A stretch of DNA of 64,000 bases from Bacteroidales bacterium (GTDB lineage: Bacteria > Bacteroidota > Bacteroidia > Bacteroidales > UBA5342): assembly GCA_965662645.1 (NCBI GenBank), contig CBFIII010000001.1, positions 175,750 to 239,749 of the forward strand, read 5' to 3'. Position numbers and translations under genes: made by a program. Of this stretch, positions 19,558-28,625 are shown in pieces (the stretch's first letter is position 1; every line of letters starts with the position of its first letter). The notes beneath the pieces are model-generated. The model saw nothing but the letters and a program-made list of their open reading frames with translations, was not told the DNA's origin and did not search any database.

Positions 19558-20802
19558 ATGATAGAACTTTGGCAAGAAATATTTAGTACGATGAAAAAGA
19601 ACAAGATGCGTTCTTTTCTGACGGGCTTTGCTGTAGCCTGGGGTATTTTTATGCTGATGGTCCTTTTGGGTTCTGGTAATGGCTTGTCTAATGGGGTTGC
19701 TTCTAATTTTAATGGGAATGCCAAAAATACAATGTGGATTTGGACCAGAAAAACCACTTTGCCTTATGCGGGTTTATCTTCTGGACGTTCTTTTAATTAT
19801 AAAATGCAAGATTATTATGATCTTAAAGCATTACCTGGTGTTGATTTGATATCGGGGCGTTATAGGTTGGGCTCTCGTACTTTTGCTTATGGTAATGAAT
19901 ACGCTAATTATTCCATTCAGTCGTGTCATCCCGATTATTCTACTATAGAAGGATACATTATAGAAAAGGGGCGTTTTATTAATGATATTGATATTAGGCA
20001 AAAACGTAAGTCTATCGTTATTGGAAAAGACATGGAGAAGGCTCTCTTTGCTCATACTGATCCTTTGGGTAAAACGATAAAGGTAGGTGATTTGCCTTTT
20101 ACAGTGGTGGGGGTGTATGATGTTAATGAGCAACGAGAAGGAACCCGAATGGGTATTATTCCTATTACTACAGCTCAAATTCTATTTAATGCGGGTGATC
20201 GTATTCATAGTTTTGCTTTGAGTGCTTTGGATATGTCTAAAGCCGAAAACTTAGCTTTGCAGCAAACAATATGGAAAACGTTAGCTTCTAATCACCGTGT
20301 TCATCCTGATGATCAGAGTGCTATTGGTATTTATAATACACTGGAGGGTTATGCTCAGACGATGGCTATCTTTAGTGCTATTACTATTTTTATTTGGCTT
20401 ATCGGTATTGGTACTCTTATCGCAGGAGTGGTGGGGGTAAGTAATATTATGTTGATTTCGGTAAAAGAACGTACGAAAGAGTTTGGAGTCAGAAAGGCCA
20501 TAGGCGCATCGCCACAGTCTATCGTAGGTTTGGTATTATTAGAGGCCGTGTTTATCACTTCTATATCTGGTTATATTGGTATGTTTTTGGGTGTGGGATT
20601 GATGGAGATTGTCAATGCTGTCATGGAAAAAAGTATGGCTGGCGGTGGAGGTGAAATGACCTTGTTTTTAAATCCTACGGTGGATCTTAGAATCGCTATT
20701 AGTGCCATGCTTTTGCTTGTTATTGCAGGGTCTATTGCTGGATATATCCCAGCGAAACAAGCGGCTATGGTAAAACCAATAGAGGCTTTGCATGATGAAT
20801 AA
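19558..20802 (+). CDS. ABC transporter permease, FtsX/MacB family (with a periplasmic MacB_PCD-like domain)
   Basis: N-terminal TM helix, a ~230-aa periplasmic domain, and a C-terminal FtsX 3-TM bundle (ISVKERTKEFGVRKAIGA). Confidence 0.85.
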   Translation: MIELWQEIFSTMKKNKMRSFLTGFAVAWGIFMLMVLLGSGNGLSNGVASNFNGNAKNTMWIWTRKTTLPYAGLSSGRSFNYKMQDYYDLKALPGVDLISGRYRLGSRTFAYGNEYANYSIQSCHPDYSTIEGYIIEKGRFINDIDIRQKRKSIVIGKDMEKALFAHTDPLGKTIKVGDLPFTVVGVYDVNEQREGTRMGIIPITTAQILFNAGDRIHSFALSALDMSKAENLALQQTIWKTLASNHRVHPDDQSAIGIYNTLEGYAQTMAIFSAITIFIWLIGIGTLIAGVVGVSNIMLISVKERTKEFGVRKAIGASPQSIVGLVLLEAVFITSISGYIGMFLGVGLMEIVNAVMEKSMAGGGGEMTLFLNPTVDLRIAISAMLLLVIAGSIAGYIPAKQAAMVKPIEALHDE

Positions 20803-20829
20803 TTATAGACACTTAAGACCGCTTTTTTT

Positions 20830-22098
20830 ATGTTTGATATAGAACGTTGGAAAGAAATATTCAGTACTCTAAGAAGTAATAAGTTAAGGAGCTTCTTAAC
20901 CGCCTTTGGTGTGTTTTGGGGTATTTTTATGCTGATTGTTATGGCGGGCATGGGCAAAGGTCTAGAGAATGGTGTGACGCAAGGAATTGGTAAGTTTGCT
21001 ACTAATTCTGTCTTTATGTGGACGTCGAATACGGGGAAACCCTATGGTGGTTTTCGTCGCGGGCGCAGCTGGAATTTTGATAATGAAGACGTCAAGTTAA
21101 TACGTCAACACGTAAAAGGCGTGAAAGTGATGGCGCCTCGTTTGTTTGCTGGTTGGAGTGCTGGTAATAATACGGTTCGGGGCAATAAATCAGGAAATTA
21201 CAATCTTAAGGGGGATTATCCCGAGTGGATAGATATTAATCCTCTTAATGTGCTTCAAGGGCGTTGGCTCAATGATATGGATATACAGAACAGGCGTAAG
21301 GTTTGTGTTATTGGTTCTAAAGTCTATGAGGAAATGTTTAGTAAAGGAGAAGAGCCTATTGGTCAATATATACGTGTAGATGGTATCTATTATCAAGTAG
21401 TAGGCGTTATAGATCCTGTGACCCAGATGAATATGAATGGTCGTTCTGAAGAAAGCATTTTCCTTCCATTTTCTACGATGCAAGTGGTTTATAATTATGG
21501 GGATATGGTTTTTATGATGGGCATTGTGGGCACGGAAAAATACAGTGCTGCAGTGTTGGAGAAGGAGATTAAAACGCTCATCAAAAAACGCCATAAGATT
21601 GCTCCTGATGATATGCAAGCCATTTCTAGTTTTAATCTAGAAAAACAGTTTAAGCAGTTTTCTAATCTCTTTTTAGGTATTAATATACTGACTTGGATAG
21701 TGGGGATAGGAACGTTGATGGCTGGGGTTATTGGGGTTAGTAATATTATGCTGGTTATTGTACGAGCCAGAACTAAGGAGATAGGTGTGATGCGTGCTAT
21801 CGGTGCTACACCGCGTAAAGTGATGGGACAAATCTTATTAGAAAGTGCATTTATTACCACCTTGGCTGGTTATCTTGGTTTGTTTTTCGGTATGTTAGTG
21901 CTCGAGGGTATTGGTGCTATTATGGCAAAAGCAGAGGCTTCTGGTGGTGATGCTGTTTTTATTAAAAATCCAGAGGTGAGTTTCACTATTGCTATAGCTT
22001 GTCTAACACTTTTAATTGTTTCGGGTACTTTTGCGGGTTTGATACCTGCTCGTAAAGCTGTGAGTGTAAAACCTATTGATGCCTTACGTGCTGAATGA
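20830..22098 (+). CDS. ABC transporter permease, FtsX/MacB family (paralogue)
   Basis: Same architecture as the preceding gene (RARTKEIGVMRAIGA). Confidence 0.85.
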   Translation: MFDIERWKEIFSTLRSNKLRSFLTAFGVFWGIFMLIVMAGMGKGLENGVTQGIGKFATNSVFMWTSNTGKPYGGFRRGRSWNFDNEDVKLIRQHVKGVKVMAPRLFAGWSAGNNTVRGNKSGNYNLKGDYPEWIDINPLNVLQGRWLNDMDIQNRRKVCVIGSKVYEEMFSKGEEPIGQYIRVDGIYYQVVGVIDPVTQMNMNGRSEESIFLPFSTMQVVYNYGDMVFMMGIVGTEKYSAAVLEKEIKTLIKKRHKIAPDDMQAISSFNLEKQFKQFSNLFLGINILTWIVGIGTLMAGVIGVSNIMLVIVRARTKEIGVMRAIGATPRKVMGQILLESAFITTLAGYLGLFFGMLVLEGIGAIMAKAEASGGDAVFIKNPEVSFTIAIACLTLLIVSGTFAGLIPARKAVSVKPIDALRAE

Positions 22099-22158
22099 TT
22101 TATAGGTCCTGGTATTATTTATATTATTAATTTTTTGACGTTCTAAATTCCAAACGAA

Positions 22159-23277
22159 ATGAAAAAGTATTTTAAAATCTTCGGCATCGTATTTTTAATA
22201 GTTATGTTTTTTGGGACATTTATCTATTTGTATAATAAACAGAAAAAAAAGCCTGACGTGTTTGCTACAATAGCGCCTAAGATAGAAACCATTAGTAAGA
22301 AGACTGTGGCTACAGGTTCGGTAGTTCCTCGCAAGGAAATTGAAATAAAACCTCAAGTGTCGGGTATTATTGATGAGATTTATCTTGAGGCAGGACAAAT
22401 GGTGAAAAATGGTGACATCATTGCTAAAGTAAAGATTATCCCTGATATGGTGGCTCTTAATAGTGCAGAGTCTCGTGTGAGTAGAGCTAAAATAAATTAT
22501 GAAGATGCTAAAATAGATTACGATAGACAGAAACAGCTTTATGATGAAAAGGTGATTCCTTACGAAGAATATCAAAAAGCGAGATTGGCTTATGATACGT
22601 CTAATGAAGAATTTAATGCGGCAGAAAATAACCTTGACCTGATTAAAGAAGGGGTGACCAAGAAATCTAAAACTGCAACCAATACGCTCATTCGTTCTAC
22701 CATAGATGGTATGGTGTTAGATGTGCCTGTTGAGGTGGGTAATTCTGTGACACAAACTAATAACTTTAATGCGGGGACAACGATTGCTAATGTTGCTGAT
22801 ATGAGCGATATGATTTTTAAAGGAAAAGTAGATGAGACAGAGGTGGGCAAGGTGCATGAAAATATGCCCATTACCTTGACTATTGGTGCTATCGAAAATG
22901 AATCGTTTGATGCTGTGCTGACGTATCTTTCGCCTAAAGGAAAAGAGGAAAATGGAGCGGTGCAGTTTGAGATAAAAGCGGATGTGAAATTAAAAGAAGG
23001 ACAGTTTATAAGGGCTGGATATTCGGCTAACGCAAGTATTGTTTTAGAGCAGCATGATAGCGTATTGACTATTCCTGAGTCAGTGCTTAAGTTTGAAGAA
23101 GAAAAAGTCTTTGTTGAGGTGCAAACCGATTCTCAGATTTTTGTGAAACGTTATATTACTACCGGACTTTCGGATGGTGTGAATATAGAAGTGATGGATA
23201 GTTTGACTATCGATGATTTGCTTAAAGGTGAAATAATAGTGCCAGCGAAAAAAGATAAAGCAGACGAAGCTAAATAA
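22159..23277 (+). CDS. efflux transporter periplasmic adaptor (HlyD/MacA-type membrane fusion protein)
   Basis: N-terminal TM anchor, lipoyl/barrel-sandwich segments and a central coiled-coil pattern. It lies between the permeases and the TolC-like gene. Confidence 0.8.
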   Translation: MKKYFKIFGIVFLIVMFFGTFIYLYNKQKKKPDVFATIAPKIETISKKTVATGSVVPRKEIEIKPQVSGIIDEIYLEAGQMVKNGDIIAKVKIIPDMVALNSAESRVSRAKINYEDAKIDYDRQKQLYDEKVIPYEEYQKARLAYDTSNEEFNAAENNLDLIKEGVTKKSKTATNTLIRSTIDGMVLDVPVEVGNSVTQTNNFNAGTTIANVADMSDMIFKGKVDETEVGKVHENMPITLTIGAIENESFDAVLTYLSPKGKEENGAVQFEIKADVKLKEGQFIRAGYSANASIVLEQHDSVLTIPESVLKFEEEKVFVEVQTDSQIFVKRYITTGLSDGVNIEVMDSLTIDDLLKGEIIVPAKKDKADEAK

Positions 23278-23286
23278 ACTGAAAAC

Positions 23287-24618
23287 ATGGTTGTGATGAG
23301 AAAAAAAACTTTGATACTGACATTAATCCTTATTTCGAGCTGGGCTACTTATGCGCAAAAGCAATGGTCTTTGTCTGAATGTGTGGATTATGCACTGTCG
23401 CATAATATTCAGATTAAACAGCAGTTGTTGACATCAGAATATCAGCTCAATGAATTAAAACAAAAAAAATACAATCGTTTGCCTAATTTGAATGCTTCAT
23501 TGAATGAAACGGTTGGTTTTGGTCGTTCTTTAGGTACTGACAATACTTATGTGAGCACTTCTTCATCTACTGCTTCGCTGGGCGTAAATACTAGTGTGGT
23601 GCTTTGGCAGGGAGGAAGTTTGAAAAATCAAATTTTACAACAGGATGCTGAATTAAAATCGAGTTTGCAGAATTTAGAAAAAGCAAAAAATGATTTGACG
23701 GTTTATATTGCTCAAGCTTATCTTGAAGTTTTGTTTGCCGATGAGTTGATGATTATAGCTCAAAAACAGTTGGATCAATCTGAGATGCAGATTATTCGCA
23801 CACAACGTTTGGTGGAAGCGGGTAGTTTGGCTGAGGGCGTTTTGTTGGATATTAAATCGCAAGCGGCGCGTGAGAATCTTGCCGTGGTTAATAGTAAAAA
23901 TCGTTATCATTTAGCGTTGTTAAATTTGGCTCAATTTCTTAATATAGAAGATTATAATGGTTTCTCGGTGCAACGACCTGATTTGCCTGAGATAGGGGCC
24001 GAGACGGCTTTGATAGATGCTAGTTCAGTTTATGAAACGGCTGTGGCTAATCGTCCTGAGGTAAAGAGTGCTGAATATCAGATGCAGAGTAGCGAACAGC
24101 AATTGAAGATTTCGCGTGCTGGGCGTTTGCCTTCATTGACGGCTTCTGCTGGTTATAACGACCAATATTATTCGGCTTTTAGTGCTGCGAATCCTACTTT
24201 TAACAGGCAGATACAAGATAATGGTCGTTCTTATGTTGGTTTGAATATGAGTATTCCTATCTTTAACAAGATGCAGAACATGACAAATATTCAAAATTCT
24301 ACACTACAAATAGAGACGCGCAAGCTTGATCTGGAAGCCGTAAAACTTGATTTGCGAAAGCAGATAGAACAAGCTTATTTTAATGCTTTATCTTCATTTG
24401 AGAGTTATCATGCTAATAAAGTGGCTGAGGCTTCTATGCAAGAGTCTTTTCGTTATATAGAAAAGAAATTTGAGTTAGGTCGCATTAATTCGGTAGAATA
24501 TAATGAAGGTAAAACGAATTTAGCGAAAGCTCAATCAGACTTGGTGCAGGTTAAGTATGAATTTATTTTCCGGTCTAAGATTCTTGACTTTTATAAAGGC
24601 ATTCCTATCATTTTATGA
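23287..24618 (+). CDS. TolC-family outer membrane efflux protein
   Basis: Signal peptide and two-fold repeated OEP pattern (LSLxECVDYALxHN ...). The ATG at 23296 is an alternative start. Confidence 0.85.
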   Translation: MVVMRKKTLILTLILISSWATYAQKQWSLSECVDYALSHNIQIKQQLLTSEYQLNELKQKKYNRLPNLNASLNETVGFGRSLGTDNTYVSTSSSTASLGVNTSVVLWQGGSLKNQILQQDAELKSSLQNLEKAKNDLTVYIAQAYLEVLFADELMIIAQKQLDQSEMQIIRTQRLVEAGSLAEGVLLDIKSQAARENLAVVNSKNRYHLALLNLAQFLNIEDYNGFSVQRPDLPEIGAETALIDASSVYETAVANRPEVKSAEYQMQSSEQQLKISRAGRLPSLTASAGYNDQYYSAFSAANPTFNRQIQDNGRSYVGLNMSIPIFNKMQNMTNIQNSTLQIETRKLDLEAVKLDLRKQIEQAYFNALSSFESYHANKVAEASMQESFRYIEKKFELGRINSVEYNEGKTNLAKAQSDLVQVKYEFIFRSKILDFYKGIPIIL

Positions 24619-24630
24619 AAAAGAACTATA

Positions 24631-24711
24631 CCGCTGCAAGCAGACGGTGTATTAATTCGAAACACTTTTTTTATTCGCAGTAAGCTGCAGGGAATAAAAC
24701 CCACAATGTGG
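24631..24711 (-). repeat. 81-nt dispersed intergenic repeat, copy b (inverted relative to copy a)
   Basis: See copy a. It begins 13 nt after the TolC-like gene stop. Confidence 0.9.
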
Positions 24712-24725
24712 GATTTTAAAACTAT

Positions 24726-24765
24726 AAAAAATGGCTGCTGAAATATATTCCAGCAGCCATTTCTT
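24726..24765. terminator. terminator hairpin between the TolC-like gene and the acyl-CoA ligase gene (convergent)
   Basis: AAAAA, ATGGCTGCTG, 10-nt loop, CAGCAGCCAT, TTCTT. The better U-tract is on the minus strand. Confidence 0.65.
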
Positions 24766-24784
24766 CATTCTATCAAGTCTTTTT

Positions 24785-26449
24785 TTAGATGACTTCAATA
24801 CCTTTTTCTTTCAATAATTGATTTCCCAATTCTGAGAGTTTATATTTTTGTATTTTGCCACTCGCTGTCATAGGATATTCTTCAACAAAAAGAACGTGTT
24901 TTGGAATTTTAAAACGCGCTATATTGCCTTTGCAGAATTCGCGTATGTCCTCTTCCATGAGGTTAGCGCCTTCCTTTTGATGTACAAAAGCACAAACGGC
25001 TTCGCCATATTTTGGAGAACTAACACCTGCCACTTGGATGTCTTTAATGCCAGGCATCGTTAATAAAAACTCTTCTATCTCACGAGGATATATATTTTCT
25101 CCACCACGAATAATCATATCTTTTATGCGTCCTGTGATACGGAAAAATCCTTCGGTATCTTTTATGCCTAGGTCGCCTGAGTGTAACCATCCGTCTTTGT
25201 CGATAGCGGCTGCTGTGGCTTCAGGATTTTTGTAATAACCTTTCATGATGTTATAACCACGACATACTACTTCGCCTTGTTCTTCGGCTTGGCATTCTGT
25301 TCCGTCATTGGGGTTAATGATTTTAACTTCAATATGAGGTAATTTTTGACCTACAGTTCCTACTTTTTTCTCGATAGGATCATCGGTACGTGTCTGTGTC
25401 ATTACAGGAGAGGCTTCTGTAAGGCCATAGGCAATGGTCACATCTTTCATGTACATCTTCTCTATCACTTGTTTCATGGTCTCCATAGGACAAGGAGCTC
25501 CTGCCATAATGCCTGTTCGTAATGAGCTAAGATCAAACATTTCGAACATAGGATGATGTAGCTCTGCAATAAACATGGTAGGTACACCATAGAGAGCGGT
25601 ACATTTTTCTTTTTGGACGGATGCAAGAACCACTAGTGGATCAAAGGTTTCAATAATAACCAAGGTGGCTTTGTGTGTAAGTATGGCCATAACGCCTAAT
25701 ACAATGCCAAAGCAGTGAAAGAGGGGTGGTGGTAAACACAGTTTCTCTTCCGAGGTGAATTTCTGACTATGACCAATCCAATAACCGTTATTGGTGATGT
25801 TGTGATGCGTTAACATGACTCCTTTAGGAAAACCTGTGGTTCCTGAAGTGTATTGCATATTAATGACGTCGTGACAATCGAGGGAGTTTTTAATGCTGTT
25901 GAGTTCTTTGTTGTCGATATATTCTCCCAATAAAAGAAGCTCTTGTGTGTTATACATCCCGCGGTGTTTTTCTGGACCAATAAACACGATGTTTTTAAGT
26001 TTGGGGAAAAGAGCACTTTTAAGTTGTCCGCGTTGTGATGTTTTTAGTTCTGGTATTAATTGGTTAATGATGCCTACATAATCGCTATCGCGCCATCCGT
26101 CGATGATGCATAGGGTATGTATGTCCGCATTTTCTATAAGGTATTCTAATTCGTGTCGTTTGTAGTTGGTGTTGATCGTTACCATAACGGCTCCGATTTT
26201 TGCGGAAGCAAAAGTATAAGTGAGCCAGTCTGGTACGTTGGTTGCCCAGATGCCTAAATGATCTCCTTTTTTTAAACCAAGAGAAATTAATCCTTTGGCC
26301 ACTTTATCTACACGTTCGTTAAAACTTTTATAGGTGAAGTGTAAGTTGCGGTCAGAATATACAATGAAGTCCTTTTCTGGATATTGGGCTACTCCTTCTT
26401 CGAGTAGTTGTCCCAGTGTTTGTTCTATCATAATATTACAATTAGCCAT
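24785..26449 (-). CDS. AMP-dependent acyl-CoA synthetase/ligase (fatty-acid-CoA ligase-like)
   Basis: AMP-binding motifs [21 protein letters not shown]...[16 protein letters not shown] and a C-terminal SGKIQK. Confidence 0.85.
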   Translation of the reverse strand: MANCNIMIEQTLGQLLEEGVAQYPEKDFIVYSDRNLHFTYKSFNERVDKVAKGLISLGLKKGDHLGIWATNVPDWLTYTFASAKIGAVMVTINTNYKRHELEYLIENADIHTLCIIDGWRDSDYVGIINQLIPELKTSQRGQLKSALFPKLKNIVFIGPEKHRGMYNTQELLLLGEYIDNKELNSIKNSLDCHDVINMQYTSGTTGFPKGVMLTHHNITNNGYWIGHSQKFTSEEKLCLPPPLFHCFGIVLGVMAILTHKATLVIIETFDPLVVLASVQKEKCTALYGVPTMFIAELHHPMFEMFDLSSLRTGIMAGAPCPMETMKQVIEKMYMKDVTIAYGLTEASPVMTQTRTDDPIEKKVGTVGQKLPHIEVKIINPNDGTECQAEEQGEVVCRGYNIMKGYYKNPEATAAAIDKDGWLHSGDLGIKDTEGFFRITGRIKDMIIRGGENIYPREIEEFLLTMPGIKDIQVAGVSSPKYGEAVCAFVHQKEGANLMEEDIREFCKGNIARFKIPKHVLFVEEYPMTASGKIQKYKLSELGNQLLKEKGIEVI

Positions 26450-26490
26450 TTTTTTTGAGGTATGGCATTTTTAAAATAGGAATTATGGGT

Positions 26491-27048
26491 TTATGAAGGG
26501 ACATAAACTACTGCAAGAATCTTTGCTTTTTCGTTGCCTTTAGCGTGTACGTGGTGATGTACAATAGAATCATAATAAATGCTATCACCCGTGCTGAGTT
26601 CATATTTTTCTGTTCCATAATCTATTTCCACTTGACCTTCTAGAACGTGGATGAATTCTTCGCCTTCGTGATGTGAGGTCTGATGACCTTCTTCTCCAGG
26701 TATTACTTCGATAATAAAAGGCTCCATGTGACGTCCGCTTTTTTTTCCAGCTAGTGACATATAATTCATGGCTGTGCGTGTGCAATCTTCGCAATTTGAA
26801 AAGCTAAGACTCTTTGTGCATTCGTCTTTCCTTGTGAGTACAGGTCCAATTTCATTATTGTCGTCAAGGAAGGTGCCAATGCGTACACCTAATACGCGTG
26901 CTATTTTGATGAGAGGGGATAATGATGGTAGGACATCATCATTTTCGATATGTTGTATCTGTACTAAACTGAGTCCTGAACGTTCAGCGACTTCTTCGAT
27001 GCTGATGTTCTTGCTTTCTCTTATGGATGTAATTTTGGATCCTACCAT
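26491..27048 (-). CDS. XRE-family HTH transcriptional regulator with a C-terminal cupin domain
   Basis: N-terminal HTH_3 pattern (IRESKNISIEEVAERSGLSLVQIQHIE). C-terminal cupin His/Glu pattern (HHEGEEFIHVLEG...H). It lies directly upstream of the acyl-CoA ligase on the same strand. Confidence 0.8.
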   Translation of the reverse strand: MVGSKITSIRESKNISIEEVAERSGLSLVQIQHIENDDVLPSLSPLIKIARVLGVRIGTFLDDNNEIGPVLTRKDECTKSLSFSNCEDCTRTAMNYMSLAGKKSGRHMEPFIIEVIPGEEGHQTSHHEGEEFIHVLEGQVEIDYGTEKYELSTGDSIYYDSIVHHHVHAKGNEKAKILAVVYVPS

Positions 27049-27519
27049 AGTTTATTGGTGATTTGAGTATTATTAATAGTAAGTTAAAGTATTCTTTTTT
27101 TGTCTAATAATTTTGTAGTGAAAAGCTGTTGCTTCTATATATACTACCATGGAGCAATTGTCAAAACCGGCGCAAAAATAATTTGTACGACTACAGATGG
27201 CAATCACTAAAAAAATAATTTGAGTTGTCAAAAATATAAATTCTTTGTGAGTTGTCAGGTTTTTTTTATTAAAAAGGCTGGGTAATGCATGCTTATTTTC
27301 TTTTTATTGCTAATAGGTGCACCTATATATAATACGTCTTCTTTTTTTATTCTCTTTTGTGGGAGTGTCTTTTTATTCAAATTGTTGTTGTCCTGTTGAA
27401 TTTTTTGTGGTGAAAGATGTGTTGTTTGATAGAATTAAGATTTTTACGGCAATAATTATTAGAATCGCATTATTGATACCTTGTGCTAAAGTTAGAATCT
27501 CTTTATTGCTTCCTTTTTC

Positions 27520-28260
27520 TTACTCAGATCTTTCAATGCAGTCTTCTGCTATTAATTCTTGTTCTTTTATTTTAAGATATACTTGTGCGGTGGCTACTAC
27601 ATCTTTTTCGCAATAGATAGCAATACGTTTCAGATCTCCTGTTTCGTAATAGACTTTTCCTACCATACTCCCGTCAATATCGTCTTTGGGTGTGGGTATG
27701 TCAAAAACAGCAGTAAGTAAGTTTAATGACGTGTAGTTTTTATAATCGCCAAATTTCCATAATTCTAATGTGTCCATAAATTGTACTTCCCATGGTTTTT
27801 TACCTGAGAGATTTAATATGTCGGGTAGTGATATGCCATTGATAAGCATACGACGCGCCATATAAGGTATGTCGAATTCTTTTATATTATGTCCGCAAAT
27901 GCTGCGATCTGGTTTGTCCCATCGTCTAAGCATGGCTGCAAATTCTTCTAATAGAATTTTTTCATTATCGTTGTAGTATGACTTTAACTTAAAATGTTTT
28001 TCACCCATAGAATCATAGATATAGCCAACCGAAATGCATATTACCTTTCCGAATTCTGCAAAGATGGCAGCATCTTTCATGTATATGTCATTGATTGTAT
28101 CTTCTTCTTTGTAGCGATCGGGCATTCGAGCTCGTGTCTTTTCTACTTTGATTTCCCAAAGGTGTTGTAGTCGCTCGGGCATATCGTTGAGTTGAGATGT
28201 GCCTGGTACTGTTTCTATATCTAGAAAGAGTATTCTATTAAGAAAAGAAGTGTTCGTCAT
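27520..28260 (-). CDS. stand-alone 3'-5' exonuclease, RNase H-like fold (PolB-exonuclease-related)
   Basis: FLDIETVP (ExoI-type DxE), GHNIKEFDIPY (ExoII-like) and YCEKDV (ExoIII-like YxxxD). I chose the ATG at 28260 (MTNTSF...). Confidence 0.65.
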   Translation of the reverse strand: MTNTSFLNRILFLDIETVPGTSQLNDMPERLQHLWEIKVEKTRARMPDRYKEEDTINDIYMKDAAIFAEFGKVICISVGYIYDSMGEKHFKLKSYYNDNEKILLEEFAAMLRRWDKPDRSICGHNIKEFDIPYMARRMLINGISLPDILNLSGKKPWEVQFMDTLELWKFGDYKNYTSLNLLTAVFDIPTPKDDIDGSMVGKVYYETGDLKRIAIYCEKDVVATAQVYLKIKEQELIAEDCIERSE

Positions 28261-28572
28261 AATTCTCAATTTTGTATAACAAAGGTAGTGATTCACGCTT
28301 AAGAATAAAAGAGAATTGGTTTTTAGTGTTTTATGTTGTTTTTTATTGAGAAAAATTACAAATAAGCTTCGATAGACATCCTTTTGTGATTTTTAAATCA
28401 TGTAATTCCTTTATTCTTTATTTTAGAACGTGCTTTTTTTGATTTTTAAATAAAAAAAAGATGAAATATTCAATATGCTTGAAAAAACGGCTATTTGCGT
28501 GAAAAATGACAATAAAAACGACGAAAACATAAAAAATATCTAAAAAGGCTGTTCTGATATTATTTTTAGTTG

Positions 28573-28580
28573 TATTTTTG
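28573..28580 (+). promoter_or_regulatory. candidate Bacteroidota -7 promoter box (TAnnTTTG) for the GSIII gene
   Basis: TATTTTTG lies 45 nt upstream of the ATG at 28626. This is a consensus match only. Confidence 0.35.
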
Positions 28581-28625
28581 CAACGTTTTCAAGAAAATAA
28601 TTAAATACTCTTAAATATTTGACTT

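Noticed and set aside
27317-27616. 99-aa plus-strand ORF
   Set aside because: It has a GTG start and is hydrophobic and low-complexity, derived from T-rich sequence. Its 3' end runs antisense into the well-supported exonuclease gene.
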